A DNA stretch of 64,000 nt. It comes from a virus. The notes under the pieces are model-generated. The model was not told where the DNA came from, did not search any database, and saw only the letters and a list, made by a program, of their open reading frames with translations. The position numbers were made by a program, and so were the translations under genes. This document shows positions 1 to 7,648 of this stretch, piece by piece. How positions within the stretch are numbered: position 1 is the first letter of the stretch; each line of letters begins with the position of its first letter. The stretch is from positions 1-64,000 of the IMG/VR virus record IMGVR_UViG_3300044681_000098, one strand, 5' to 3'.

Positions 1-119
1 TGAAAGATGTCATGGGCACAATTGATAAGTTTTGGTCAGTCCTCAAAGAAGATGAAAAAGATTATTTGCAATCTGCTCGTTGGGCACTTGACAATAAAGC
101 AGAATGGAAGTATGATTAA
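1..119 (+). CDS. 3' end of hypothetical protein (partial)
   Basis: Open frame ...KDVMGTIDKFWSVLKEDEKDYLQSARWALDNKAEWKYD, TAA at 117-119. Confidence 0.6.
   Translation, partial: KDVMGTIDKFWSVLKEDEKDYLQSARWALDNKAEWKYD
88..116 (+). promoter_or_regulatory. sigma70-type promoter for the tRNA cluster
   Basis: TTGACA (88-93), 17 bp spacer, TATGAT (111-116), 10 nt upstream of tRNA-Thr. Confidence 0.7.
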
Positions 120-125
120 GGTTAT

Positions 126-201
126 GCTGGTTTAGCTCAGTTGGTAGAGCAACTGCCTTGTAAGCAGTAGGTCGTCAGTTCGAATCCGACAACCAGCACC
201 A
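126..201 (+). tRNA. tRNA-Thr(UGU)
   Basis: Cloverleaf: GCTGGTT/AACCAGC acceptor, ACTGC-CTTGTAA-GCAGT anticodon arm, TTCGAAT T-loop, encoded CCA. Confidence 0.97.
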
Positions 202-238
202 AATATATCGGAGTATCAGAGTTTGAAATTTGAATTTT

Positions 239-246
239 TATAAATA
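239..246 (+). promoter_or_regulatory. T4-type late promoter
   Basis: TATAAATA upstream of the GGAGG SD of the HNH gene. Confidence 0.75.
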
Positions 247-264
247 ATTGTATAGGAGGATCTT

Positions 265-738
265 ATGCAAACCAATAAAAATTCACTATCAAACTTGAAC
301 ATAGCCAATACGTTAAAACGTGGTTGTGTTCACTGCGGTAAAGAGTTAACCCTCGCTAATATCAAGAAACATGAGAAAGCATGTGGTAAACCGAAAGAGA
401 TGAAAGAATGCCCTGTCTGTGGCACTATGCATAGTAAGGGTGGAGTGACGTGTTCGTATAGTTGTTCAAATACTTACTTTAGAAGTGGTAAGAATAACCC
501 AAACTGGGGTGATAATAACTATCGACAAATATGTTTTAATACACATGGTATGAAATGTATCGTGTGTGGTGAAGAAAAGATTTTAGCTGTGCACCATTTG
601 AATGAAGATCATAGCGACAACCGACCAGAGAATTTGGTTCCGATGTGTCCTACTCATCATCAATATGTTCATAGCAAGTATAGGGATGAAGTTCAACCCT
701 ATATTGACAAGTTTCTCGGTGTAGGACAGTCTGGTTAA
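265..738 (+). CDS. Free-standing HNH homing endonuclease with zinc-finger N-terminus
   Basis: CxxC pairs, CSYSCSN, HHLNEDHSDNRPENLVPMCPTHH HNH motif; lies in the tRNA cluster. Confidence 0.88.
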   Translation: MQTNKNSLSNLNIANTLKRGCVHCGKELTLANIKKHEKACGKPKEMKECPVCGTMHSKGGVTCSYSCSNTYFRSGKNNPNWGDNNYRQICFNTHGMKCIVCGEEKILAVHHLNEDHSDNRPENLVPMCPTHHQYVHSKYRDEVQPYIDKFLGVGQSG

Positions 739-792
739 TCCGTCTGCTTTGGGAGCAGAAGATCGCAAGTTCGAATCTTGCCACCGAGACCA
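715..792 (+). tRNA. tRNA-Pro(UGG)
   Basis: CTCGGTG/CACCGAG acceptor (C1-G72, A73), TCTGC-TTTGGGA-GCAGA anticodon arm, GCAAG-TTCGAAT-CTTGC T arm, CCA. Confidence 0.93.
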
Positions 793-807
793 AAAAAAGA
801 AGTGACC

Positions 808-1470
808 ATGAAACGAATGGCAATCTATGTAAGGCATCCAGAGTGTTCCACTGATTGTGTCAACGCAATGATACATGCTTTGTCATCTGATTACCAGATA
901 AGAGTTTTCACAGAGAATGAGATAGATGATGGATTGTTTGAAGGTTTAGATGTTATTGCTATTCCTGGTGGCTTCGGTGAAGCTGATTCGTATTTTGACT
1001 TCTTCAATAGAACAACTGCGAATCGAATAGCAAAGTTTATTGAAGATGGTGGGCACTACCTTGGTATTTGTATGGGTGCTTACTGGGCTGGGTATAGATA
1101 CTTTGATATACTTGATGGCATTGACGCTGTTCAGTATATCAAGCAACCGAATGCTACGATCAGAAGATCATATTCGACTGTTGCTGAAGTTGATTGGAAT
1201 GGTACGAAAGAACATATGTACTTCTATGATGGATGTGCATTCGTTGGTGAAGTTGATAGGTGTAAGGTGATATCCAGATATGCCAATGGTGATCCAATGG
1301 CAATCATTCAAGGGAGAATCGGAGTCATCGGTTGTCATCCTGAAGCACCAAAGGATTGGTATGAAGGTAAATGGAAATACATAAACAAATACTGGAGTGA
1401 TGGCAAGCATGCCAACCTCTTGTTAGAGTTTGTCAATGAGTTATGTAATGAAACTGTAATCAATTGTTAG
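808..1470 (+). CDS. Class I glutamine amidotransferase-like (BPL_N-type) protein
   Basis: IPGG, GICMGAY nucleophile elbow, CHPE; start moved to ATG 808 because 778 lies inside tRNA-Pro. Confidence 0.75.
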   Translation: MKRMAIYVRHPECSTDCVNAMIHALSSDYQIRVFTENEIDDGLFEGLDVIAIPGGFGEADSYFDFFNRTTANRIAKFIEDGGHYLGICMGAYWAGYRYFDILDGIDAVQYIKQPNATIRRSYSTVAEVDWNGTKEHMYFYDGCAFVGEVDRCKVISRYANGDPMAIIQGRIGVIGCHPEAPKDWYEGKWKYINKYWSDGKHANLLLEFVNELCNETVINC

Positions 1471-1477
1471 AGAAGAT

Positions 1478-1560
1478 GCCCTGATGGCGGAATTGGTAGA
1501 CGCACTGGATTTAGGTTCCAGCGCTTCGGCGTGAGAGTTCGAGTCTCTCTTAGGGCACCA
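1478..1560 (+). tRNA. tRNA-Leu(UAG)
   Basis: GCCCTGA/TTAGGGC acceptor, CTGGA-TTTAGGT-TCCAG anticodon arm, long variable arm, CCA. Confidence 0.96.
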
Positions 1561-1599
1561 CTTATGTTTTGTTGAATTTTTTGTTGAAAGGAAAGTGAA

Positions 1600-2166
1600 A
1601 TGAGAATTAACTTGCGCAAAGCAAGTGCCATTCAAAGCGAGATCCAAAAGATCCTCGCAACCACTCGTCTTGATGCTGATGTTAGCGTCACCGAGTACGA
1701 AGCTAATGTAGAGGAATTTCTCTACAAAGCAACTGTTGAATTCGCCGAGAAGGCACAACGTGTGATTCAACTCAACAACTGCCTATACAACATGCGCCAT
1801 GCTGTTGCTAGTGCGAATGCACAGGCTGTCAATCACTTCCTCACTGAGATCGAGCGCACTAATCGTTTGATCGCTGTTGCTGAAACTATCAGCAAAGCAC
1901 ACGTGATGAAGCCCATCACCGAGATCCGTGCACGTTTGGAAAAACTTGCAAAGACGGATGAGTCTAGCGCACGACTGTATGGTCGTGACCACGTGACAAC
2001 TTCTGCGGTAACGCAAGAGTTGGTTGATGGTGCGAAGGGAGACTTAAAGGCTCTTAAGCGCACTCGTCAGGAACTGCAGGATAAACTTCTTGCAGAGAAC
2101 ATCAACACTACTATCGAGTTGAATGACGAAATGGTAGTGTTGTTGAAAGAGGAAGGTCTCCTCTAA
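1600..2166 (+). CDS. All-helical coiled-coil protein, DIP1984/DUF6847-like
   Basis: SD AAGGA; long amphipathic helices; N-term LRKASAIQSEIQ and C-term LKRTRQELQDKLLAENINTTIEL resemble the DIP1984 pattern (recognition from memory). Confidence 0.55.
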   Translation: MRINLRKASAIQSEIQKILATTRLDADVSVTEYEANVEEFLYKATVEFAEKAQRVIQLNNCLYNMRHAVASANAQAVNHFLTEIERTNRLIAVAETISKAHVMKPITEIRARLEKLAKTDESSARLYGRDHVTTSAVTQELVDGAKGDLKALKRTRQELQDKLLAENINTTIELNDEMVVLLKEEGLL

Positions 2167-2171
2167 TTTTC

Positions 2172-2429
2172 GAGAGGTGGATTGCGATAATAGGCGTAGA
2201 GATGTTGCCACCGTATCTTGTTTACAAGATGCTCCAAAACTACTTAACGACCTGAAATCGTATATTCTCGACTTGCTGCTGATACCATAAAACAACTGCT
2301 TGTTGCTATCAGTAATAGGAGAACATTGCTTTTTGATGATTGCGTTTTGCTGAGACCAGGACATTAAATCCGTCTGCTTGTTTTTTGCCCATGCAATGTT
2401 TCAAAACCTGTTTGACCTTTTCACCTCTC
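2172..2429 (+). ncRNA. Candidate novel structured ncRNA (~258 nt)
   Basis: 10-bp closing stem 2172-2181/2420-2429, at least five internal stems, 7-nt-periodic TTGC repeats; no + strand ORF in the track. Confidence 0.65.
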
Positions 2430-2469
2430 ACCCTTAAACTATATTGAACTATACTCATCGGAGAATTTT

Positions 2470-3021
2470 ATGAAGACAGTAGGTGATACACTTAAACCCT
2501 TTGCCGTAACAGGCATCAATCCAGGTAAAGATGACTTCTTTACCATCACAGAACAGTCCTTTGAAGGTAAATGGAAGGTTATCGTTTACTACCCAAAGGA
2601 CTTCACATTCGTATGCCCAACTGAGATTGTTGCATATGACAAACTATTCCAAGACTTTGCAGATCGTGACGCAGTATTGCTAACAGGTAGCACAGACAAT
2701 GAGTTCTGTAAACTTGCATGGCAACGTAGCCATGAAGATCTGAGCAAGATCAAACATATCCAGTTCGCTGACACACAGCGTGAGAATCCAGACACATACG
2801 AGAATCTGAGTTTGATTGAGCAACTCGGTGTGTTCTATCATCCAGCTGGCGCAGCACTTCGTGCGACATTCATTGTTGATCCAGAGAATGTTATTCAGCA
2901 CGTCACAGTCAACAACTTGAATGTTGGTCGTTCGCCTGAAGAAACTCTGCGTATCCTTGATGCGTTGCAGACTGGTGAACTCTGCGCATGTAACCGTACT
3001 GTTGGAGGAGAAACCCTATAA
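2470..3021 (+). CDS. ahpC: Peroxiredoxin (alkyl hydroperoxide reductase C)
   Basis: YPKDFTFVCPTE peroxidatic motif, GRSPEETLR, resolving Cys in GELCACN. Confidence 0.95.
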   Translation: MKTVGDTLKPFAVTGINPGKDDFFTITEQSFEGKWKVIVYYPKDFTFVCPTEIVAYDKLFQDFADRDAVLLTGSTDNEFCKLAWQRSHEDLSKIKHIQFADTQRENPDTYENLSLIEQLGVFYHPAGAALRATFIVDPENVIQHVTVNNLNVGRSPEETLRILDALQTGELCACNRTVGGETL

Positions 3022-3527
3022 TGGCATTCAACGAAACCATCAAAGGTGCGTTGCCAGAATACGCAAAGGACACCAAGCTAAACTTGGACGCTGTCCTTTT
3101 GCGTAGTACATTGGACGCTGATGTGGCAATGGGTTGTGCTGTTGCTGCATTGGCTGCTACTGGTAACGGTAAGGTATTGAGCATCCTTCTAGCAGATGGA
3201 CCAGTGCATGCAGAGTCGGCAATGACTGCAGCAAGCATCATGGCACAGAACAATGTATGGTATCCGTATGTTGAGATGGCTGATGATGAAGCACTTAAAG
3301 GTCTACCTGCACAGCTACGCATGAACGCTATTATGAACCATGGTGGCACTACAAAGGCAAACTTTGAGGCATTTAGTTTAGCTGCAAGTATTGTTGGTAA
3401 GTGTCACTTCTGTGTCAAAGCCCACTATGATACTCTCAAGAAAGAAGGTTATACTGTAGAACAACTTCGTGACATTGGACGTATTGCTTCTGTCATGAAC
3501 AGTGTAGCCAAAGTTTTGAACTCATAA
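3021..3527 (+). CDS. ahpD: Alkylhydroperoxidase AhpD
   Basis: LPEYAKDTKLNL, MAQNNVWY, GKCHFCVKAH CxxC; coupled to ahpC (TAATG). Confidence 0.92.
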   Translation: MAFNETIKGALPEYAKDTKLNLDAVLLRSTLDADVAMGCAVAALAATGNGKVLSILLADGPVHAESAMTAASIMAQNNVWYPYVEMADDEALKGLPAQLRMNAIMNHGGTTKANFEAFSLAASIVGKCHFCVKAHYDTLKKEGYTVEQLRDIGRIASVMNSVAKVLNS

Positions 3528-3535
3528 ATAGGTTC

Positions 3536-3781
3536 ATGGGAGACATAGTAAGAGACATCATCAATCGAGCAAAGTATAGTTCGTTCTATGCAGTGAAAAC
3601 TCATGTTCGAGAAGGATGGATGCCCATTGGTAAAATCCCATACGACCTTCAGATAACAGGAGAGGACATGATAGTTCGTGTCCTCGCCATAAACGAAACT
3701 GAAGCAGTCAAACGTGTTAGTACTTGGTTAAGCGAGCAGTTAGAAGTTGGTAATGACTGGAGATTAGGATATGATCAATGA
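3536..3781 (+). CDS. Hypothetical protein
   Basis: ORF after a CATAAATA late-promoter-like motif (3523-3530). Confidence 0.6.
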   Translation: MGDIVRDIINRAKYSSFYAVKTHVREGWMPIGKIPYDLQITGEDMIVRVLAINETEAVKRVSTWLSEQLEVGNDWRLGYDQ

Positions 3782-3950
3782 CGTACCCACCATCGCACTT
3801 AAAGAACATAAGTTTGTAAGATTCCCACATCAAAACATAACATTCAAATTTACTCGAGAGAAAGGAGAAGATTGGAAAGTTAGCGTGACCGATGAACAAC
3901 TAAACGAAATTGTTCAAAGGATTGCAGTTACGATCGATGACGGAAAATAA
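3771..3950 (+). CDS. Hypothetical protein (59 aa, not in ORF track)
   Basis: MINDVPTIALKEHKFVRFPHQ...TIDDGK* fills the gap. Confidence 0.5.
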   Translation: MINDVPTIALKEHKFVRFPHQNITFKFTREKGEDWKVSVTDEQLNEIVQRIAVTIDDGK

Positions 3951-3960
3951 GGAGATGTCT

Positions 3961-4221
3961 ATGTCGAGCGAAGAAACCAAAGAAGCAAGAAGTCGCCGAA
4001 ACCTTAAGACAATCAGTGCATGTTTGAAGCAAGCAAAGATTGCCAAAGCACATGGTCTGCAAGTTGACACCGTGCACTACTACGCAAAGCATCATGCAAT
4101 GGATTGCGGAAACCCAAAGTGTGTCATGTGTGGAAACCCAAGGAAAACGTGGAAAGAAAAGACAATCCAAGAGAAGCGATCCGACTCTGGACTAAGGCAT
4201 ATTGAGTTCGATTCAGCCTAA
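3961..4221 (+). CDS. Hypothetical Cys/His protein
   Basis: SD TAAGGAG before ATG 3961; HHAMDCGNPKCVMCGNPRK motif. Confidence 0.7.
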   Translation: MSSEETKEARSRRNLKTISACLKQAKIAKAHGLQVDTVHYYAKHHAMDCGNPKCVMCGNPRKTWKEKTIQEKRSDSGLRHIEFDSA

Positions 4222-4229
4222 AAACCCCT

Positions 4230-4298
4230 AAAACCCTGCCAAAAGTAGGGTTTTTCAGCCAAAAACCTTAGAAAAACCCTCATTTTTTGAGGGTTTTT
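4230..4298. terminator. Two stem-loops (terminator / promoter-cassette hairpins)
   Basis: AAACCCTGC-caaaa-GTAGGGTTT and AAAAACCCTCA-ttttt-TGAGGGTTTTT. Confidence 0.7.
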
Positions 4299-4310
4299 TG
4301 CATTTAGTGC

Positions 4311-4339
4311 TTGACTTTTATTCGGAATTGTTGTATAAT
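4311..4339 (+). promoter_or_regulatory. Early sigma70-type promoter
   Basis: TTGACT, 17 bp spacer, TATAAT. Confidence 0.88.
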
Positions 4340-4369
4340 ATATCCATGAAAGTCGAAAAGGAAAAGAAA

Positions 4370-4759
4370 ATGTCTGATCTGAAAATTACCCTCCCTGCTG
4401 GTCGTTACTTCGTTGGTGATGTCGGTGGTGTTAGTCGTCCATACGTTGCCATCCCTGCTCGGTCTTCGGTGTTCTACTCTGATTGTGGCGCTGTTGAAAT
4501 TGAGATTGCTGGTGGTGGTTCGTGCATGCCTGATGTCGATGCCTTTTCGATCTTCGGTGTCTGCGATGCTGATGATGTCTTTGGCAGTGCTGATTGCGCT
4601 GACGAAAATGGTGTGATTGAATTGACATACCCCACTGAAGTCGTTTACAATTTTGACTATCTTGAGATTGTGAATGTGCTGAAGTTTTCGGTGTGCCGTG
4701 ATGCTGGTCTGAAGTTTACTTCGACTGAAGAAGAATTTGATGGTGCTTCGTTCGCCTGA
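4370..4759 (+). CDS. Hypothetical acidic early protein
   Basis: SD AAGGA; starts MSDLKITLPAGRYFVGD. Confidence 0.7.
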   Translation: MSDLKITLPAGRYFVGDVGGVSRPYVAIPARSSVFYSDCGAVEIEIAGGGSCMPDVDAFSIFGVCDADDVFGSADCADENGVIELTYPTEVVYNFDYLEIVNVLKFSVCRDAGLKFTSTEEEFDGASFA

Positions 4760-4765
4760 GGAAAT

Positions 4766-4942
4766 ATGATGTACGAGAAATACGAATCCGACTTGGCTGT
4801 TGTGAAAAAAGAATTGGAATCTCAAGGTATCAAGAACTATACCGTATACCCTGCCAATAACTGTGTTGGTGTCACCTATGGTCGTGTTAGTTCGTATTAC
4901 ATTGTGAAAAACGGTGTCGTTGTTGACATCCAAATTGACTGA
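4766..4942 (+). CDS. Hypothetical protein (58 aa, not in ORF track)
   Basis: SD GAGGA; MMYEKYESDLAVVKKELESQG...VVDIQID*. Confidence 0.7.
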   Translation: MMYEKYESDLAVVKKELESQGIKNYTVYPANNCVGVTYGRVSSYYIVKNGVVVDIQID

Positions 4943-4951
4943 GGATATATC

Positions 4952-5650
4952 ATGAAACTGTTGACTGTGGGAAACCCCAAATTGCTCAAAGGTGCCAAGA
5001 AAGGTTATCTGTCTTCTGTGCTGCACTTTGCACCTGCGGATCTGTCAGGTAAAGAAGTTTGCCCTAAGCGCACTGCTGGTTGCACAGCTGCATGCCTGAA
5101 CACTGCTGGTCGTGGTGGTATCTTCAAGAAAGGTGAATCGACCAATGTGATTCAGCAAGCACGTATCCGTAAGACCAAGATGTTCTTTGAGAATCGTGCT
5201 GGCTTCTTGAGCGAGTTGTATGCTGAGATTCGTAAGACGATCACTTATGCCGAGAAGAAAGGTTTGATCCCTGTGTTCCGACTGAATGGCACCAGCGATC
5301 TGGCTTGGGAGAAGTATGAAGTGCAAGAAGGTAAGAACATTTTCCAGATGTTCCCTAACGTGCAATTCTATGACTATACTAAGGTGAACAATCGTAAGGT
5401 TAGCCATATTCCTAACTACCACCTGACTTTCTCTAAAGCAGATGGCAACGATATGGACGTGCGTATTGCCCTGTCCAATGGTATGAATGTGGCTGCGGTC
5501 TTCCGCAAAGAGTTGCCTGAGACTTATCTGGGTCGTAAGGTTATCAATGGAGACGAAACTGATCTTCGTTTTCTGGATGAAAAGAATGTGATCGTGGGTC
5601 TGAAGGCTAAAGGTAAAGCCAAGAAAGACACTTCTGGTTTTGTTATTTAA
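4952..5650 (+). CDS. Gp88-family protein (Cys cluster, radical-SAM-like)
   Basis: CPKRTAGCTAACL, RLNGTSD, FYDYTK, GDETDLRFLD motifs. Confidence 0.8.
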   Translation: MKLLTVGNPKLLKGAKKGYLSSVLHFAPADLSGKEVCPKRTAGCTAACLNTAGRGGIFKKGESTNVIQQARIRKTKMFFENRAGFLSELYAEIRKTITYAEKKGLIPVFRLNGTSDLAWEKYEVQEGKNIFQMFPNVQFYDYTKVNNRKVSHIPNYHLTFSKADGNDMDVRIALSNGMNVAAVFRKELPETYLGRKVINGDETDLRFLDEKNVIVGLKAKGKAKKDTSGFVI

Positions 5651-5660
5651 GGAGATTGAC

Positions 5661-6137
5661 ATGGGTTTGGATATGTACTTGGACGCTAAGCGATACTTGT
5701 CTCGTCACTTCGATCACTTCGGTGAAGGTGATACCGAGATCATCGAGACCTGCAATCGTATGCTTGGCATCGATGGTAGTGATGATGAAGACTATTCGGT
5801 GAAGGAAGTTACGGTGCGTGTAGCCTACTGGCGTAAAGCCAATGCCATTCATAGGTGGTTCATTGATAACTGCTCGGACGATGGCGTTGACGACTGCCGA
5901 CCGATGTATGTTAGCACAGACCAGCTGAAGCAGCTGCGAAACGTATGCAGTGAGGTGCTAGCAGATCGTAGTAAAGCAGACCAGTTGCTTCCGACTATGA
6001 CTGGTTTCTTCTTTGGAAACAATGACTATGGCGACTATTACTTTGAGGATGTTCAGCATACGTTGGATCGCCTAGATAAGATTTTGAGCGATAAGAGTTT
6101 GGAACGATGTGATTTTTACTATCAAGCGAGTTGGTAA
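5661..6137 (+). CDS. Conserved phage hypothetical protein
   Basis: SD AAGGAG; MGLDMYL, YWRKANAIHRWF, GFFFG, YYQASW. Confidence 0.8.
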   Translation: MGLDMYLDAKRYLSRHFDHFGEGDTEIIETCNRMLGIDGSDDEDYSVKEVTVRVAYWRKANAIHRWFIDNCSDDGVDDCRPMYVSTDQLKQLRNVCSEVLADRSKADQLLPTMTGFFFGNNDYGDYYFEDVQHTLDRLDKILSDKSLERCDFYYQASW

Positions 6138-6553
6138 TGCGTTGGATTGAGAATGTTAGTATGAGCGATATTCATCTTGGTCACCATAGTGATCTGGGTG
6201 AAAACACGATGCTGATCCGTATACAGGATCCAGCGACTGAGTTCAAGAGCACCAAGTATACTTTCAAAGAGGAACATCGCTTTGAGTTTCTGGATGCCGA
6301 GGACGAAGATGGTTTCCCAGATGAGACCAAGATCAGCGATCAGCAAGCAGCCGAACTCGTTGCTTTGTTGAATCGTGCATTGGCTACTAACATGAATGTC
6401 ATGGTTCACTGCCATGCAGGTATCTGCCGTAGTGGTGCTGTGACTGAAGTTGGAACGATGATAGGGTTTACTGCTACGGAAAGATTCCGTCAACCAAACC
6501 TGCGAGTCAAATACAAAATGATGAAAGAATTGGGGCTAACCTATGGGAACTAA
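6137..6553 (+). CDS. Protein tyrosine / dual-specificity phosphatase-like
   Basis: VHCHAGICRS CX5R P-loop; TAATG coupling. Confidence 0.82.
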   Translation: MRWIENVSMSDIHLGHHSDLGENTMLIRIQDPATEFKSTKYTFKEEHRFEFLDAEDEDGFPDETKISDQQAAELVALLNRALATNMNVMVHCHAGICRSGAVTEVGTMIGFTATERFRQPNLRVKYKMMKELGLTYGN

Positions 6554-6923
6554 CTACTACGTTGCAACCAAGCATTGCGAGTCATGCAATCGTTATGATG
6601 AGGAATATCATATTGGAAAGTCCAGCTGGGGCTGGGCTTTCTCATTCCAAGGTTATAAGCCAGAGCGACTGATCTCATGGCAAGCATGGAAGACTTTCCT
6701 TAAAGATAAGATCATCATGGATGAGTATGGCGACCGACACGACTACGATGATTTTGTAGAGATGATAGAGGGAGTCAAATCACCTAACTTCACCTATCCA
6801 GATGGTCATAAAAACCTTCAGCATAACACTCAGGGCAAGATAGACTCACGCCCATGGTTCAATCCTGAATACGACTGGGACGATCCAGAAGGTTATGCAT
6901 TCTGCTCAAGGGAATTCTCATGA
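6543..6923 (+). CDS. Hypothetical protein
   Basis: MGTNYY, HIGKSSWGWAFSF, EFS; recurrent phage family. Confidence 0.75.
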   Translation: MGTNYYVATKHCESCNRYDEEYHIGKSSWGWAFSFQGYKPERLISWQAWKTFLKDKIIMDEYGDRHDYDDFVEMIEGVKSPNFTYPDGHKNLQHNTQGKIDSRPWFNPEYDWDDPEGYAFCSREFS

Positions 6924-7186
6924 CATCAGCCAACAACAGAAAGAATAGCCAAATGAACATGGATGAACAAAACCTAATAGAACTAAGCAATGCCGTAGAC
7001 CTAACCCTAATGCATATAAGCGAGACATTCGAGGTAGGAACACTAAACCTATCTGCTATTATATTGGCTAGGCTAATGGTACTAAGCCATGAGACTGATA
7101 CGAATGATGACTTCATAAGGCTATTAGCTAGTGTAGTAGGGGATAAGACCATGCAGGTTAGACCTGAAATGCCATCTATGCACTGA
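6920..7186 (+). CDS. Hypothetical protein
   Basis: Overlapping ATGA junction. Confidence 0.55.
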   Translation: MTSANNRKNSQMNMDEQNLIELSNAVDLTLMHISETFEVGTLNLSAIILARLMVLSHETDTNDDFIRLLASVVGDKTMQVRPEMPSMH

Positions 7187-7195
7187 GGAGCTAAC

Positions 7196-7285
7196 ATGAG
7201 TGAACTAGCAATTTTAGCATCTGTTATGATATCCTTTGCCTTTGGTTTCTTACTAGGCTACATTACTGGGAGTGTGAGATTATGA
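7196..7285 (+). CDS. Small membrane peptide (29 aa)
   Basis: SD GAGGAG; MSELAILASVMISFAFGFLLGYITGSVRL*. Confidence 0.55.
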   Translation: MSELAILASVMISFAFGFLLGYITGSVRL

Positions 7286-7500
7286 ACGAACGAATTAAAG
7301 AACTTGCTAAACAGGCTGGATTCTTAAACAAAGATGAAGAATCTATCGAATATTTCGCCGAGTTGATTGTCAAGGAATGCGTTCAGACCTTGCTGGATAA
7401 CACACCAGAGCAGTCAGCCGAGGAAGATTGGGATAAGGGATATGATCGAGCAATGAGGGATTGTGTGCACCATATCAAAGAACATTTCGGAGTTGAATGA
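7282..7500 (+). CDS. Hypothetical protein (MNERIKELA...HFGVE family)
   Basis: Recurrent small phage protein pattern. Confidence 0.75.
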   Translation: MNERIKELAKQAGFLNKDEESIEYFAELIVKECVQTLLDNTPEQSAEEDWDKGYDRAMRDCVHHIKEHFGVE

Positions 7501-7597
7501 GGTTGAGGTGGTTATATAGGAGCGGATTATATGGGGAGAAAATGAAGAGAGAAAATAGAGGTGTTAGCGTTGATGTTGCTCCGTTGGTTTATACAGG

Positions 7598-7605
7598 TAT
7601 AAATA
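7598..7605 (+). promoter_or_regulatory. T4-type late promoter
   Basis: TATAAATA. Confidence 0.65.
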
Positions 7606-7648
7606 GTAATCGCACACCAAAATATACCGACCCAGGAGCAGCAGCACC

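Noticed and set aside
2044-2364. Minus-strand 106-aa ORF across the candidate ncRNA
   Set aside because: Antisense to a co-directional gene block, overlaps the upstream gene, and has no recognisable motif or SD; treated as a shadow ORF.
2172-2429. Retron msr-msd or group I intron interpretation of the structured gap
   Set aside because: The terminal inverted repeat is retron-like, but no reverse transcriptase lies in the window. No group I core or interrupted gene was recognised.
4298-4369. N-terminal extension of the 4298 ORF
   Set aside because: It runs through the promoter itself. The SD-supported start is 4370, though a leaderless start at 4346 cannot be excluded.
4304-5662. Long minus-strand ORFs 4304-5026 and 5045-5662 (also 31071-31724 on +)
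   Set aside because: Antisense shadows of codon-biased real genes; no SD or motifs.
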